Origin: Glycera tridactyla | Lineage: Eukaryota | Direction: 5' to 3' | Assembly (NCBI GenBank): GCA_965644265.1 | Contig: OZ286472.1 | Location: forward strand, 22,010,001 to 22,074,000 | Length of the DNA: 64,000 bases | Shown: piece by piece, positions 39,321-54,099 of the stretch | Layout of the letters: every line of letters starts with the position of its first letter | Numbering within the stretch: position 1 is the first letter of the stretch | Position numbers and translations under genes: made by a program | The notes under the pieces: generated by a model | The model's input: the letters and a program-made list of their open reading frames with translations, nothing else | Told to the model about the DNA's origin: nothing | Databases searched by the model: none

Positions 39321-39814
39321 TCCAAATGTACTAAACAAGTTTGAATTTGACACACATTAGCACCTGTGCATGAGCGGGACTATAATTCACCAATATATTG
39401 GTGCAATGGCAACATTCATGTCAAGAAATGATCAATTCACCATTGATTTGCCCCTTGATCTTCAGCATGGCATCACTTGCCACAATTGTGTAGGAGAGGA
39501 CAGTGTTTCCCACAGGGTTAACCAACAGCATGACAACCAAGCTAGGCGCTTAGTTGGACGATACCCAATCTATTAGATGAATGGGAAAAAAACTGTTTAC
39601 TTAAATGTGTGAAGGAATTTCAAAGCATTAGGCAGGGAGGCCATCCAAACCAGAATAGTTCTAAAGCTTCCAGTACCTAACCGGGATCTTTCAGAGTTCA
39701 TCTGGCTTTGAAACCAACTTTGTTGTGAATGTTGAAATGACAATAAGTGAACAGAGTAAGATTGATGCAGTATTGTTTGATGTCTTTTCAACCCAGACAG
39801 AATCATATTGTTTT

Positions 39815-40065
39815 CTTAAAAAAGTAACGGCATGTATCATCCTTGATGATTATGTACGCCATGGGTTCCTGGTCAATGAAAGCTTGATGTTTAGTCCCCT
39901 GCAGGCATCACTGACACAGACCCAGAACACAAGATGATGGGGAACCTGGAAGGTTGTCAAGTGGCAGTAGCTGACAGTTCAGACACACCTCTACCTACTC
40001 AACAAGAACAAACTGAATCTAATTATGTGATATCTAACCAAGTAACCAGCTGGGAGCGGACACTC
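39815..40065 (-). mobile_element. SINE-like family A, copy
   Basis: ggcatgtatc...gttcctggtcaatgaaagct...cccctgcaggcatcactgacacag...ggttgtcaagtggcagtagctgacagttcagacacacctctacc. Confidence 0.7.
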
Positions 40066-40937
40066 AAGCCTAGAGAATTATATGGGACTTCTGAGCAAGA
40101 TGAAACTGTTGATCGTGGTGGGCTACTCCGTTGAATTTGTACCTGCTCATTTGGATACATCCTTAATATGGACTGAAGTAAGACAAATAGATAGCAGAAC
40201 ATAATGAGATGATCTTTATGCAATGACATAAATACTGAAACATATCACAACACAAAGAAATGACCAATCTTTAGGAACTACATCTTCCTGTTTCTATCAT
40301 CACAAAATCCACCAGAAAGATAGAAATCACTCAAGAGATTCACACACAAGACGAGAGATGAGAAATAAGTGATGTGATAGTCGTAGTGGAGGTCAGCTTC
40401 AGACACAATACGATAAAGGATTGCACACAGCATACAGTACATGTTAGCAGTGACACCAATGAGTCAAGACAGAATTTTCTGAATTTGCCATCATATATTT
40501 CCACAAGGACTAGTTTTGCGACTCTATAACTTATTCTAGCCACTCCTGAATATTTTCTTCTCTCATAGAATTACATGGATAAATAAGTTTATTTGGGGAT
40601 CGGCATCACCAACTTTGAATGAACGTATATCACTACAATGTTTCACACTGTAAAGACAAGCCTCTACTAATCCATTGATGGATCCAATCTCTAACTTGAA
40701 AAAGATACCTTCATTTCATTTGAAAAAGGGAAGGTAAGATATGACCTTATCTTCCCTTTATAAATCCAGTTGGAATGTTTTTCAGATGAACTTCCATGAA
40801 AGATTCCTTATTCATAAGCAGGCACCAATGTGATATGAGATATCTCGATGAATTATTGCTGAGAATAAATTTCTCTGGTTGTACTTCATAATTTTTTTTT
40901 ATGAACAAGAACTTCATCTCTGCAGAAAAACAGCATA

Positions 40938-41741
40938 CCGTATTCTCCCTAATTAGCGCCCCCACCCTCATAAACGCCCCCCCCCCCTCCCGCTGGAGAG
41001 AATTTGCCGACTGGCTTTGGGCCCAATCGACCGGGCGGTTTCGTGCTTCACGAAAAATCGTAAAGTAACTTTTGCATTCGACTGGAAGCGTTACTCCACG
41101 GCCGATTTTCTCCGAGCCGTGACTTCTTCACAATCATGAAGTAACTATTTTTCGTGAAGTACCAGTCGAATAGGCCCTTTGACAGTCCGGATATTTGAAT
41201 TTCCCGCACTTTCTGAGTGAGCAAGAAGGCCAGATCCAACATGGCGGTGCACACGTGGATGAGGACCCACTCCTCGCTGCTTGATATTTCCGCTGTTTTC
41301 GGCGGATATTTGACGGATTTGAGAGATTTATGCATGGATACCACACAATTTTATACCTAGGAATTCATTCGCACCATCGTTTTTACTGTGAGTTCGATCT
41401 TTCGTGGGTTTTAATTGCGGCATACTACGTCTGAAAACCGGGATTGACCTGTCAAAGCGAGAGTGGTTATCTGGTTAGGTAGAAGCCGCCACTCTTTATC
41501 ATTGTTTATTTGGCGAATATTTGCCATATCCTCATAGTTCTTTCGTTTTTTTTGCCTATATGACACAAATAGAGACCGAGTGATACATTTATCGAATGTT
41601 TCTTGATATTTCACCAGGCACTGGCGTTATGTTTGCAAAAATACCCTATTATCGCCCATTGGCGATTTTTCATATCTTGAACAAATAAGCGCCCCCTTTC
41701 TCAATTAGCAAGCACCCGGGCGCTAATTAGGGAGAATACGG
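40938..41741. mobile_element. Young non-autonomous Tc1/mariner (pogo/Tigger-like) element, 804 bp
   Basis: Perfect 24-bp TIR CCGTATTCTCCCTAATTAGCGCCC, TA duplication on both sides, CpG-rich interior, no transposase ORF. Confidence 0.95.
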
Positions 41742-44700
41742 TATATGTTATCAGATACTACACTAAACTACTGGTCAGGGGTGATATCAAAACAAATCTT
41801 ACATTGTTGGTAAGATCAGTCTGATAGCAAGGATCGGGTGTTCCCACTAAGCCCTTCTAAGACTCATTATCCTCTCTGAGCAGAGATAGCTGTGACATAT
41901 GATGTGCAAAGGGAAATGCATACAATTGTCCCAACAAAACTACTCTGGAAAATAGATTTCTAATAATTTTTTCTGATCTTTATCACATGACATTTGTTGA
42001 ACCAAAATTAAAACTTTGCACTTTGACTCTGTAGTCCTACCAAGACATGAATAGTGGATCTAGAAGTTGAACTCTCGCCCTTAGCTGAGACAGGTTTCTG
42101 ACTTTGAAAACTACCATGAGAAGACCAGGTATCATATGTAGTCCTCAGAAGTGAGTGTTGATCAAAATGAAGAAAGCATTCACTATGCCTCTGTCTTTGC
42201 TGCTATTTCATGCTGCTCAAATGGTCATGTGCTGAAGGTTTAGCATCATTTAAATGTAGCAACTGTTATCACCTTGACAACAGGGGCCTTTTGACTTGAA
42301 TCGCATAAGATCTTTCTGAGCAGCTGATGTTTTCTTGGAGAAGCATAGCAACTGGAAACACAACTGTCTACCACAACTGACTTGCCCCATTATATAAGTG
42401 AAAATGACTGCAGATAGGACAGAGGTGAGTGAGGAATATTAAACCATACCACCAACAATTTAGTTGTGAGAAGGTAGTGGAATTAACAAACCACATGTTA
42501 TTATCCCAGGTGCTCAATATTCAGCCAGATGTTGATATTAGTTGAAATGAAAGAGGACTACAACACCAGCACATACAGTCCCTAAATAATAGGAGAGCAA
42601 GAACAGACCGTGATGCAGCTGAATTCTGAGAATCGCACGGAATCCGAGTCATTGGCAGATGGCATGATGGGACGGCTATCATTCAATCTGCCAGTCACTC
42701 CATCTAGTGGGATCCAACACTTCCAACCACGTAATGGCATGTTCTTGCTTTCGTCCCACAGATATGAATGAATTGCCAAAGTCTGATCACATATTAGCTT
42801 CGTTTTCAATTCCAAAAATTCTTTTTTGATCCAAACATGATATCACATTGGCCTGCTCCACAACATTTGGAGTTTATCTGTGGGATAAAAATGGTTAGCC
42901 AATCAGTAAATATAACCACAAGAGAGAAGGGGTTAGTTTGTATTGGTGTCAGACAATCCCATAAATCTGCATTTTCCTTCATAAATGCAGCAAATTCTGT
43001 TATTATATGATGGCGGGACCTTTTCTAAGAGAGTGTAACGATGGGTACTAATAATATAAACAACAAGCTGAAGCACTCCAGAACTTCCATCACGTGCTGT
43101 CAGTCAAACGTCACTCATGCTATGAGGCAGGGTCATTCTCAAGGACATAGCAAGGTCGACATCAGTACCTTGGCGGCGTGGTTGGTTGCTGTTCATTGTT
43201 TTGTAAGTTTCGTTCAAGGGACCAGTGATGTGAGCGATCATAGAGTGGTTTGACAGGTGCCCGCTTTGGAGTCATTGGAATCGGACCAAACTTAGTGGAC
43301 GTCATACTAAAGTGACAAATAAAATAACAAATCAATCAATTTGTACGCCAACATGATCCACCATCTTACTTCAACACCCATGCCGACTGAATCACCCATA
43401 TTAGTAAATCAAAGCTCCCAAGAAATCAATTATAACCTAATAACCCTGTAGATGAAATTGAGCTACGTGAAAACTCATTTAAGTGCTAATCTATATGAGC
43501 TTCAGATTTAAAGTGTATATACATAGGATGGGCTGAATGTCACATCATTTGTTAGAAAAATTAACGAGGTCATACAGTAGAATCCATCCACCTGTAAAAG
43601 AATCTGCAAATAGTCCAATAATCCTGAAATATCACAATATTGTCTGAAAAAAGAAATGGGGTACATGATTGAATTTCAAGACTAGATGTCCCAACCAACA
43701 ACAGGGAAAAATCTCAGGTGCACCCCACCACCATAAAGAGAATGAATGAAGCATCGGTCCCACAAAAATGTGCATCGGTGTTGCTTGATGTTCAATACAT
43801 CTCATTACTGACTACATGCTTCTCATTTGAAGAAAACCTGACAGTGACAAGGTTTTCCTCAATACAGACTGTGATCAGAGAGCTTTTCTAGGCACATACA
43901 AATTGCTTTGAGCATATGATAATCTCATGGATGTGCCTCATAGTACTTTTCTCTCAGAATTATCTGCAACAGCCGTACCATCAAATCTGAATGAAAACCA
44001 AACCAAAAGTACGAGCCATTTTACTATCAGTATTATAGCATTTGTAGTCTTCTAATTTAGCCCCTCTCCTGAATCCTGGGTAGAGTGAATTAGATTTTGG
44101 GAGTGAAAATACAAAACTCAATCTCCCGATGGCAGAGTATAATTTTTTTAGTGATGAATTTAGTGTGAAGAGAGAACACCAGTGTTTCGACTCCACCATT
44201 AAAGAAACCCTATACCATATGAAATGGCTTCGCATGTACCTGCGTATGTATGCCTCTGAGGAACAAATCTCAGCTAAAATTGGTGGGTGGGACTTGAATA
44301 GTCACTCACTCGTCAGAAAAGTTGGAATTCGCATATTGATCAGGTGACTATTCACACCGATATCTTGCCCTCAAAATAGCCTAGTTTCAGGTTGCTTTAG
44401 TGGTGTGAACTTACAGAAATTCGGGAGAGTGGATTCATTTGGAATAGTGATTCTTCCAATCTACTCTCCTGATGAGAGAGTGGCTGAAATAGTTTTTCGT
44501 GAAGACTGCATTTGTCTCTTCTGATCTGTATGAATCAATAATTGAATAGCTTTCAATAATTGCAATATATAGGTAAAAGGAATAAAGTATAGTTATATCA
44601 TGATACCTTTTGATGGGCAAAGGCTAGGATAGGAGACATATTTTCATAGGAAGACAGACATACAAATGAACATGAATGGACACCAACATAGAATACACAC

Positions 44701-44751
44701 TATGTTCACACACAATTCACAAATACACAAACACAATGTATACACACATAC

Positions 44752-44930
44752 NNNNNNNNNNNNNNNNNNNNNNNNNNNNNNNNNNNNNNNNNNNNNNNNN
44801 NNNNNNNNNNNNNNNNNNNNNNNNNNNNNNNNNNNNNNNNNNNNNNNNNNNNNNNNNNNNNNNNNNNNNNNNNNNNNNNNNNNNNNNNNNNNNNNNNNNN
44901 NNNNNNNNNNNNNNNNNNNNNNNNNNNNNT
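44752..44930. other. Assembly gap (N run)
   Basis: Run of n characters next to an AC-rich tract. Confidence 1.
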
Positions 44931-47900
44931 CAAAGTAAAACCTGCGAGAAAGCAAAATTTCTGTTGTCTCTTTCAACCAGACATTTCACAAAATTCAACA
45001 AAATTGGAAGACTGGTGACATGATTATTCACAACATGAAACTTTCATGCCCTACACTAAAGTTAATTCACTTTTTCACACACAGAATAACAAAAACAATG
45101 AACAAAAGGAATACATAGATGATAATATAAACTACCACTCTAATCAATGATAATCATGTTTTCTTCTGTGTGGTAAAATATCGATGGGGTAAAAAAGGAT
45201 TTGACTGAATGAAACACATGTGCATCCTGTGATAGAATTAGTCCAAATTCTTCTCACATATAGTTCCAAAACACGGGTTACTTAATTTAGTGTAGGAAAG
45301 AAAAACATCTGACTCATTCATATATATTGAATCACTTCAGATTGGATGAAAACTTGTGATACCAAATATATGTCTCGACAAAACTGGACTCAAAATACTG
45401 AGGATAAAAGAAAAGAAGACTAGAAACCAATCCTTGTGCTTGATATAATTTTGTGGTAAATTATGGTAAGTGTTGACTCTCCCGAAATTGATCAATTCAT
45501 TTTGTCAGCAACTGTTTATTTTTACATTTTTGCTGTAATATACTGGTGTAATTACCGGCACAAACAAAGAAATTGTCAGATTTGTTTAGTTGGGAAGACC
45601 TTCATGCGGAGCCTTGTTGTGTTACTGCAGAGGTTATGAACATATGAATAGTGTCTACTGTACATATAACAGTATGTATAAGTGCTTGGTCGAGGGATTT
45701 TGAACAAATCACTATCTATATCTGAGCAGTCAACTAGGGATTATTCAATTCATCGTCACGAACCATCAATTTTACCAGCTCATTGATGAACTACACGGAA
45801 CTAACAGTAACAAATAGTCACCACGTGACTTAGAAGTTCTGCCGATGAGTGAGTCTTGGTAGACTGACGACTGATTCACCATTGCTCTAACGTTCGCCCG
45901 CGCAATTTATTTATCATTCCAAATCATGATTCTTCCCTGAACCAAAACATGTGAGGCATGTGGCATAGATTTTGGATGCCTATTATGCGATACATCAAAA
46001 CCAGAGAGAAGTTCAGCCGAGTGACAATTGTATCAGATTGTCAACAATCTTTCGTTCGACTCATAATATTGTCCACAATTTGTCAACAATATCACAAGTT
46101 GAACCTAAGATTGTCAATAATCTGCTACAATTGCCAAACTCGTCCCTGGAATTCTCACTCAAACGAGACATCGGTTGCCATGGTGAATCAACATGGCTAC
46201 TCTAACTTGGAATCCAACCTTATTCCTGAACTGATATCCCTTCAATGTAGGAAATCAATCTTGGATACTAGCAAGCATTTATATATAGTCCCCATCCTCT
46301 GCAGGGAAGGTGCAACCACTGGTGGAACCAAACTAAAATCCAAAATATTTGTGTTAAAATTCTCAATATCTTCGAAGAAAACCCATCTCTTGTTTGCTGC
46401 AAATCTGCATGAAGTGAAACAGTGATCCATCAAGAGATGAAAATCATAAAAAGCATCAGAATTTTGGTGACGGATATGTACGGGGAAGCTAGATGCTGGA
46501 TGAGCTATGACTCACATGGCGCCACTGGGAATTATCGCAGCGGAGCGCACAGTAGCCGATCATAATCCTCAAAAAAATTGATGAACATTGAAAGCAATCG
46601 TTGCAAAAGACCTCACTAGTGCAGTAAAATGCAGTCATTCGCAGGTTTTAGCATTAAATATTGCATTCACCAAGGTGTGCAGAAACTGCAGTGAAGGGTC
46701 CTGTAGAGTTAGGATTTTCAGAGAGGCTTCAATTACAGAATTCAAGAAGTCGGTCGATTCCATCTTGATTAATCTTCGAATACAATTTAAACAATCAGAT
46801 ACTGGTAAACATGTGAAGTATACAAATTCATTCCAATTACTCTACTTTATTTTGTATCTGTAAGATGACCAATTGGGTGATCAGGCCTGAAATCAGGGTC
46901 AATTCTGTATGACGATAAGACAACCTCAATATTGGATACCCTAAACTGGGTCCAACTGATCAGGTAGCCACATCAAGACTACACAATTCTTATCGCCAAA
47001 ATCTACTCGAATAGTGAAATTTCTCCTGATGGAAGATGCTCAACCAATATTCTGTGAAAATAGTATCTTCTTGAAACTGTTACTTTAATAGCAAAAAATA
47101 ACTTCTCATGTAAATTTCCTTAGTCTACCAACAATTTCAAGTGAAATCTAAGGTCATATTTTACATTCATAAAGCGAATTCAAGATTGATGTTAGCTGAG
47201 TCTCCACAATATAGAAATACTGGACCACACACACCTTGTTGAAATGTCAATGCAATATTTGTTTTGGCAGAAATTTCAGACCTCAACATGAAATTATGAC
47301 ATTTATTCAAAAGACTGAAATATTCACAGTGTAAAATACCAACAGTTTGACTCTTTCATGCTTACCGGGTTAATCCATCCAAGTGACTTGTATATGTTTG
47401 TGAGCTGCAGAGAGTTAATCAACAAAGGTAATGACAGATGAAAAATCCCCATGCTACTTTTTTTGGCAATATTGTACACAAGTTTGGGTAAAAATGTTAA
47501 TAATGATAGATTATGACGACAGAAATCACTGGCAATCTGGACGAAACACATAACTTTCATGATCTCCATGACACTGCGATTTGCATACATGTGAAATGAA
47601 ATCAAGTCATAGCTCATGCAAGCCGGGCTTCACTGAAAATTGAATACAATTTGACAGGTCTACAAAGGCCACCCATTGTCATGCAAAAGTGGTCTTTGTA
47701 GACATACAACTTCTGCAGAAGTGATTAATAGTATAGAATACAGCTGCAGCAATCTCTGGGTAGAGGCATCCAAAGACAGATTGCCTTTGTACAAATAGTT
47801 CGATGGCATTGGACCTTTTGCTATTACATCTGTATATAATGTATTGAACCACCATTTATCTCCAGATACCGATTGAGATTTTCAGTTTTGACTCATAATT

Positions 47901-48183
47901 TGGTAGCAAAAATGCAAAGAAGTATCAAATTATTACCAATGGTACTGTATTGTGCTGAGAATGTATATATGATGTGAGAATTTCACATACCAGCGAAAAT
48001 GAGAAAATACATGTACGTATTGATTATAAAGTTATTTTTCAGATTCATGTACTTTGAATAGCATCCAATTTCTTTGCATGAACCCAGATTCCCTGCCTGT
48101 TTACACAGAATGTTGTCATCAGAATACGATGGGATATTTGAGTTCTGTTGTGAAATATCGAAGCAAGTTCGCTTGCTGATGTA

Positions 48184-48326
48184 CAATCAAAGCTGCAGAG
48201 TGACACGCCTGAAGAGGATCAACCTCTGAGACAAGAATGAGACATGCACCTCTGGTGATGACACATCTTTTGATAGACACCTTTCTTTGTGACATTCAGG
48301 GGGGTCTCTCATTGCAGGTTTCATTG
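48184..48326. mobile_element. Degenerate Tc1/mariner-type MITE
   Basis: Ends CAATCAAAGCTGCA versus CAATGAAACCTGCA. TA on the left only. Confidence 0.5.
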
Positions 48327-49051
48327 TTTCAAGAACACAATGTCTCACATGATGGTCAGACAAGAGAGCTTTATTTGGCCTTGGCCACACAAAGAGCCCA
48401 TCCCTGAACCAAATCTTGTAAACTTGTGTAGAAATTGTGAGTGGACTTTTGAAATCATTCCAGTGATGTCGAGCCTCAAAAATTCTTTGGTGGAAACCAA
48501 ACAAGGCAACAAAGGAAGCCATATTTCACGAATGAACAGGCCACCAACAGACAAAAGTGTTACGTTAGCTATCTAATCCTTCTGGACTAAAAGACAGTAA
48601 CTCCACACTGAAAACAAACTGTTTGTTAGTATCACAAAAAGTATGAACACTAGAATGTGTGTGGGCTACAGGCAAAAAAAGGCACAGTTCAGTAATGCTA
48701 TGGATACAGGTGCTATTGTACTAGCAGAAAATGAACGGAAACCACGCTATTCAGCAATGAAATGTGTTGTTAATAACTGCACACACATCCAGTCAGTAAA
48801 TAGAGTAACAAAATAAACCTGCAGATATCCAGCTGCTTGGGTTATTTTAAAATCAGAAAATAAAGTGATCTCTTCATGACTCTCCATGTTCTTGATATGT
48901 CTTGCAATTCCAAAAGTTTTACCCGCCACAATTGTCAAGATGTACTCTTCACCGCGAATGTAGTGAATGGCTGTATCATACCCCTAAACTATGATAGTAT
49001 TGATATCAGAGCTGATTCACATTTCATATGAATTCCACGTAGAAGTGTGAA

Positions 49052-49300
49052 CCAATCAAATGTAAGTTTTGAGCTTATCATCCAATCAAATGCCCAATCT
49101 TCAAATCAGATGTGAGTATCTGGACTCATCATCCAATCAAATACCAGTACTCTGACTTATCATTTAATGAAATGCTAGTGTTGGGACCTATCACCCAATC
49201 AAATGCCAGCTTTTCAACTTATCCTCCAATCCAATGTCAGTATTGGGGCCTGCCATCCAATCAGAAGTCAGTGCTGAGACTCATCATCCAATCAAATACA
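49052..49300. repeat. 31-bp degenerate minisatellite with a CCAATCA core
   Basis: Core at 49102, 49133, 49164, 49195, 49226, 49257 and 49288 (exact 31-bp period), plus 49052 and 49082. Confidence 0.85.
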
Positions 49301-52300
49301 ATGTGCATATGATTGGCTGAGAAACTGCAATATTGATCTATGATTGGCTCAAATTTCACCCACTTGGGAGTCCATCAAATTGGATGATCTTGATGTTTGC
49401 CAGTGTCACAAAATATGATGAATGATCTATATAATGTGTGTGTGTCTAAATTGGATACATACATAATGGAAAACACCCAGAACAGATCATCAACTCACAA
49501 GTGTCTCATATGGAAGAATGATGATTGTTGAGAGAATATGAAGATTATACTTCTCAACTTATCACAGGCAGGCTTAGATCTAAACATCTGTAGATCCATG
49601 ATGTGTAGAAAAAGGGGAATAGGATCATCCTTAAATGCTATTTCCTTAAGTTCTGATGAGAGAAATGTGACCATCTTGGCGATTCAACAAACTCTATTTT
49701 GATGCTTGGCAATGTTGTTCTGATCATCATAAATCGAGTGATAGGTTCATCAAACACATAAGGTGTGATACACTTAAAGTTGTTTGCAAAAATGTGGCTA
49801 AATTGGGCCTAAGGGCAAAGATGAGTAGAGGATGATACCATTGAATATCAGGGATAATACCATTGGATACCATGGAGAGGAAAGAGAGGGCACGATGCAA
49901 TCAGATAATGATGGAAGGTTGAGAAAACCGTCATCAGGCAGTCGAACATGATCAAGCAAACATACGTTGGAGTTCAGGATATTCTCGCATCATTCCGATA
50001 AGTAGAAGTTCAAATCTAAGGAGCAGTCATGAAGAAAACATTCCTTTTTCTGCAACTTAATATCACTGTTCCATCACCAAAGTCAAAATTGGGTATTTCA
50101 CGCAGAATAAATGTGGCATCAAAAACATGACTTACTTCTCAGATTCAGCGGGCCTGTGGTTTTAAACAAAAATCACCAAATATAGGACTGTCATTTTCAG
50201 CAAATGAGCAGCAAACTATCAAGGTTAAATGATGCAGAATTTTGCTTTGATAGAGATGACCGAAATTAAGACTAAACTGGTGTTGAGGTAAAATGTGATG
50301 AAGCACCATACAGTCCTCTTTCTACACAATCCACAATATGAATTACAAACAAACGTCTTTACCCTGACAAGATCCCAGTGCATCATGTATATGAAATGAA
50401 GATCCGAAAATTATTCAATTCAAGATAGCAAAATCCATGTCCTCTTTTGAACAGAAAGGTGCTGGGCTGACATAATATTTCATGGACTCCAGAATGATTC
50501 ACGACGCTTGTCAAGAAATCATGGGCGGCAACACGGACTCCCATTATGGACTTCTCAGAGTAATTATCATGATTGGCAAAACCAGAAACCTGGAAATACT
50601 TTCACATACTGTACTCTTGAAAGTATCACATCTGAATCTTGCAATGGGAATTCAGTAAATTTGTCATTTCAATTTCTCCAATACAGATGGTTTTTGAAAT
50701 TCTGCTTGAAACAGCAACTGACAACAAAGGTCAACATGAGCTTGGGTGACAATTCTGTTCATTCTATCATCAGGATAGGAAGCTCATGGTACCCACATTT
50801 AACTTATATTAAATGAATAAATGGTGTTCCCATGTTTTGCATCATTTTAATCAGTCTCATGCCTGTTCACTCTTGAAAACCCTAGAGTCTACTGGATTTT
50901 TATGTATATTGAAGTTTCCCTGGAGCCAATAGCTGATGTCCTGAAAATAGAAATATCCAACTGGACCACTAAGGTCTCTTCAACTCTTTCAGGTTCAGAT
51001 AAAATTACAACCATGAGATACACTAATGAGGCAGGACCGAAGATCAGGAGGAAAGTGAACTTGATCAACGCCCACAGTGAATGACAACCCAGCAAGATCC
51101 TAAAAGGACTTTTGATATAAAACACTCATTGTTCCACCACTGGTTTTATATTTCTATGATGCACATTGACAAAACTTGATGATACCCACATTCATTTTAA
51201 TGTGATTGTGCTACACAACATGGCGGTCATAACAATGATCTCATCAATTAGTACAACGATGACGGCCGTGAGTTGGTGACGTAAAGACATTTACAATCAA
51301 CACCAAACATACTTGAATCACTCCTGATTAGCAATAAACAGCAGCTGCAGCAGGTTTTTCTTTTTCTTTTTTGAAGACTTGTCTTGTTCTGACTGAATGT
51401 GGTTGGCAGTATCATAATGCAAACACTCAAGTTATCTGGCTGACAGTCGTAATGGAAACAACCAAGTTATCCAAGGCCACAAAAAACATCGCTGAACACT
51501 ATGCATACTCCGGTGAGAATTGCACATAAATACGAAACATGTGGCAATAAAATCGCTTCTATTTTAAAAGTGGGTGACTGTTAAGGTTCAAATAGTGTAA
51601 TCTGATATGATATATATATATATTCATAGTGTGTGAAAATGCCCTCACCTTTATACAAAATGAGAAGGGCAGTTGGGTGGACAAAAGGTGAGAGATAGTC
51701 ATGAGAAATACTCATAAGTCATTGCCAAATGCGGTATGTGAACTTTCTCATAGGTCCTCCATCTTCAAACACACACTACCCCATCTATTGCTTCACACAT
51801 GAATTATATTAGAAAAAAAAACTTGAAACACTTCACACTGCAAAAAAACTCACTCCATCTGTAACCTGCTTTCAGATTTGCAGTTTTCTTTACTCAAACA
51901 GAGGACCTTTACTGGTCTGATGGTTGACACCACCAAAGGTCAACATGAAATGACTTAGGATAAATACCAATCTGCTGAGGTCAGCCATATTGCTTGATTC
52001 ATAACAGTCGATCATTTGTTACATGGCAATTCATTTTCAAATCATTTTTTTTGTATTTGAACAGTCAATCCCAAACCTGCTTAATTTTGCTACAGTTGAA
52101 ACCAAAAGGGGTCTGAATCAGGTAATCTATACTTGTCACTGAAATGGAATCACTGAAGTAAGGTGAAGGTCGATCAACATTTTTGAATCTGCAGAGGTCA
52201 GCAATAGGAAAATGTGCACATTCTCCATTTTAGTTGATAAGTCATTTACAATTATTCTATCACCTCGAAATCATTGTCCGATCAAATTAAAGTTCACTGC

Positions 52301-54067
52301 TGGGGTTATCACAGAAAAAAACTTGTTATATCACCACAGAACATCCAACATCAATGACAAATTCATTTTCGTTTTGGAAACTGGAGTCGGTCTCACCAGA
52401 AATGAAAATACTGAAACCACATCATGGCAATATGAGTCAAGTAACACAAATGTCACAAGATGCAACAAAAACAACAGTGGCACAAAGATGGACTGTGAAG
52501 ATGAGTGAGGGTGCGTCCGTCGACTATACACGGTGACTGGTTGAATTAATTCACTGGATACACTAATAATTACTCCTGTCCACACCAATATGATCAGATA
52601 TTTGGTGATGGGAGAACTTCTCCCCAGATAGTCAGCGCAAAACAAATCATTATCTTGATGATTTTCTTTTCCTATGAAATTTTTGATTGAGCCATTTCTG
52701 CAATGATGCAGGTCTAAAAATTAAATCAATCTTTCTTTATTTTGAGATTCAATCAATCATAGTTTGTGTGAAGTCGACTGATCTCCGCCACTAGTGAAGA
52801 CACTGAGAAAGTGAAGAGAGTAAACCACATCTTACTTTCTGTACGTGAGTGATCCAATCGATACCAAGTAGACAAAAAGCAACCATCAGACATAGTTGTG
52901 CATAGAGGGCCCCTGTACCATAGCAGAATTACATACCTTCTTATTCATTCCCATTTTGAAATGTGTCTGAACATTTACCTCCAGAAGCAATTTCGAATGT
53001 TATTATTCTTAATGATGAAACTAAATTGCCAAACTGAAAAACACCCAGTAGCCATACGCTGAGGACGAAATGTGGATGCATTTTGAAAGCTTCGTAAAGA
53101 AACAACCTACACTGTGAGTACCGAGAATCCTACGTTCAACATAAAAAGAAGCTCCATGTGCCATTGATTGCGGCGAGAAATTAATTTCGAATTACATATT
53201 TCTTAATTTTGAGAGGAAACTCCTCTGTTCCTATATGAGGATGGAATTCAAACCATGTCCTGCCGCAAACATCATGATATTCATTCAACTTTTTAAGTCA
53301 TGTTTCCCGGGAAGTCATATGAGAACATGGAGTCAAACATCAAATCTGCCCACTCACTTTCTATTGATATCACTTGGTGGTGGTAGCAGCAGTGGCAGAC
53401 GGATAATGCACAAAAATTGAATGGTGGAAATTTTGAAGAAAGTGATATACAAGATCCACAAAATATCTGGTCCAGTATATGATCAATTGGATAATGCTTC
53501 TCTCCCCAAATGCATGCATAGTGGTAGGACTAGAAGTTATGATTAACATTTCACAGGTGAATCACATTGTTTCAGTGAATTCTGAGCTACCTGTGAGGAT
53601 TTAGATAGTGACTGGGTGAAGTCAATCAAATGCAAAGGATCTCTCTCAGTGGAAAAAGTTTCAAGTGTTCAAGTGTATACATCATGCCAAATTAAAATTC
53701 CGTGTCTAGACTGAAATCACACCACCTCCATCCCATATCTTGAAGCAATCTAGAGGCATTTGCTCTTCCCGTCTTTGTATCAAAGGGTACAGGGAATTCC
53801 ACATTGTATGAATTCTATGTAATTCTGCACGATACAAAGGATGTGAACCACTCATTTGTCAGTCTCCCACTCAAAGACAAACATCAATGGGATGAAGGAA
53901 ATATAACGGGTATCAGTGATTTTCAATCTCCTTCCCTAGCAATATCAAATCCGATGCTCAAGATGAAGGTCCAGTATTTCTCCACTCCTGTAATTTTTAT
54001 TTTGGTTTCATGCAGATACTTTATTGGTAACTAGTAGTCGATGATTACACTTATGTGATAAGACAAC

Positions 54068-54099
54068 AATAAAGTGATTTGAATTTGAATTTGAATTTG
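54068..54099 (+). mobile_element. Probable LINE 3' tail (AATAAA followed by TTTGAA repeats)
   Basis: aataaagtgatttgaatttgaatttgaatttg. Confidence 0.4.

Noticed and set aside
3229-40134. Family A copies as duplicated or mutually exclusive exons of a nested plus-strand gene (shared frame CQVEVADSSDTPLP after ctgcag)
   Set aside because: Differences between copies are largely non-synonymous, the 39150 copy is frameshifted, there is no conserved donor, and simple-repeat tails point to a retroposon.
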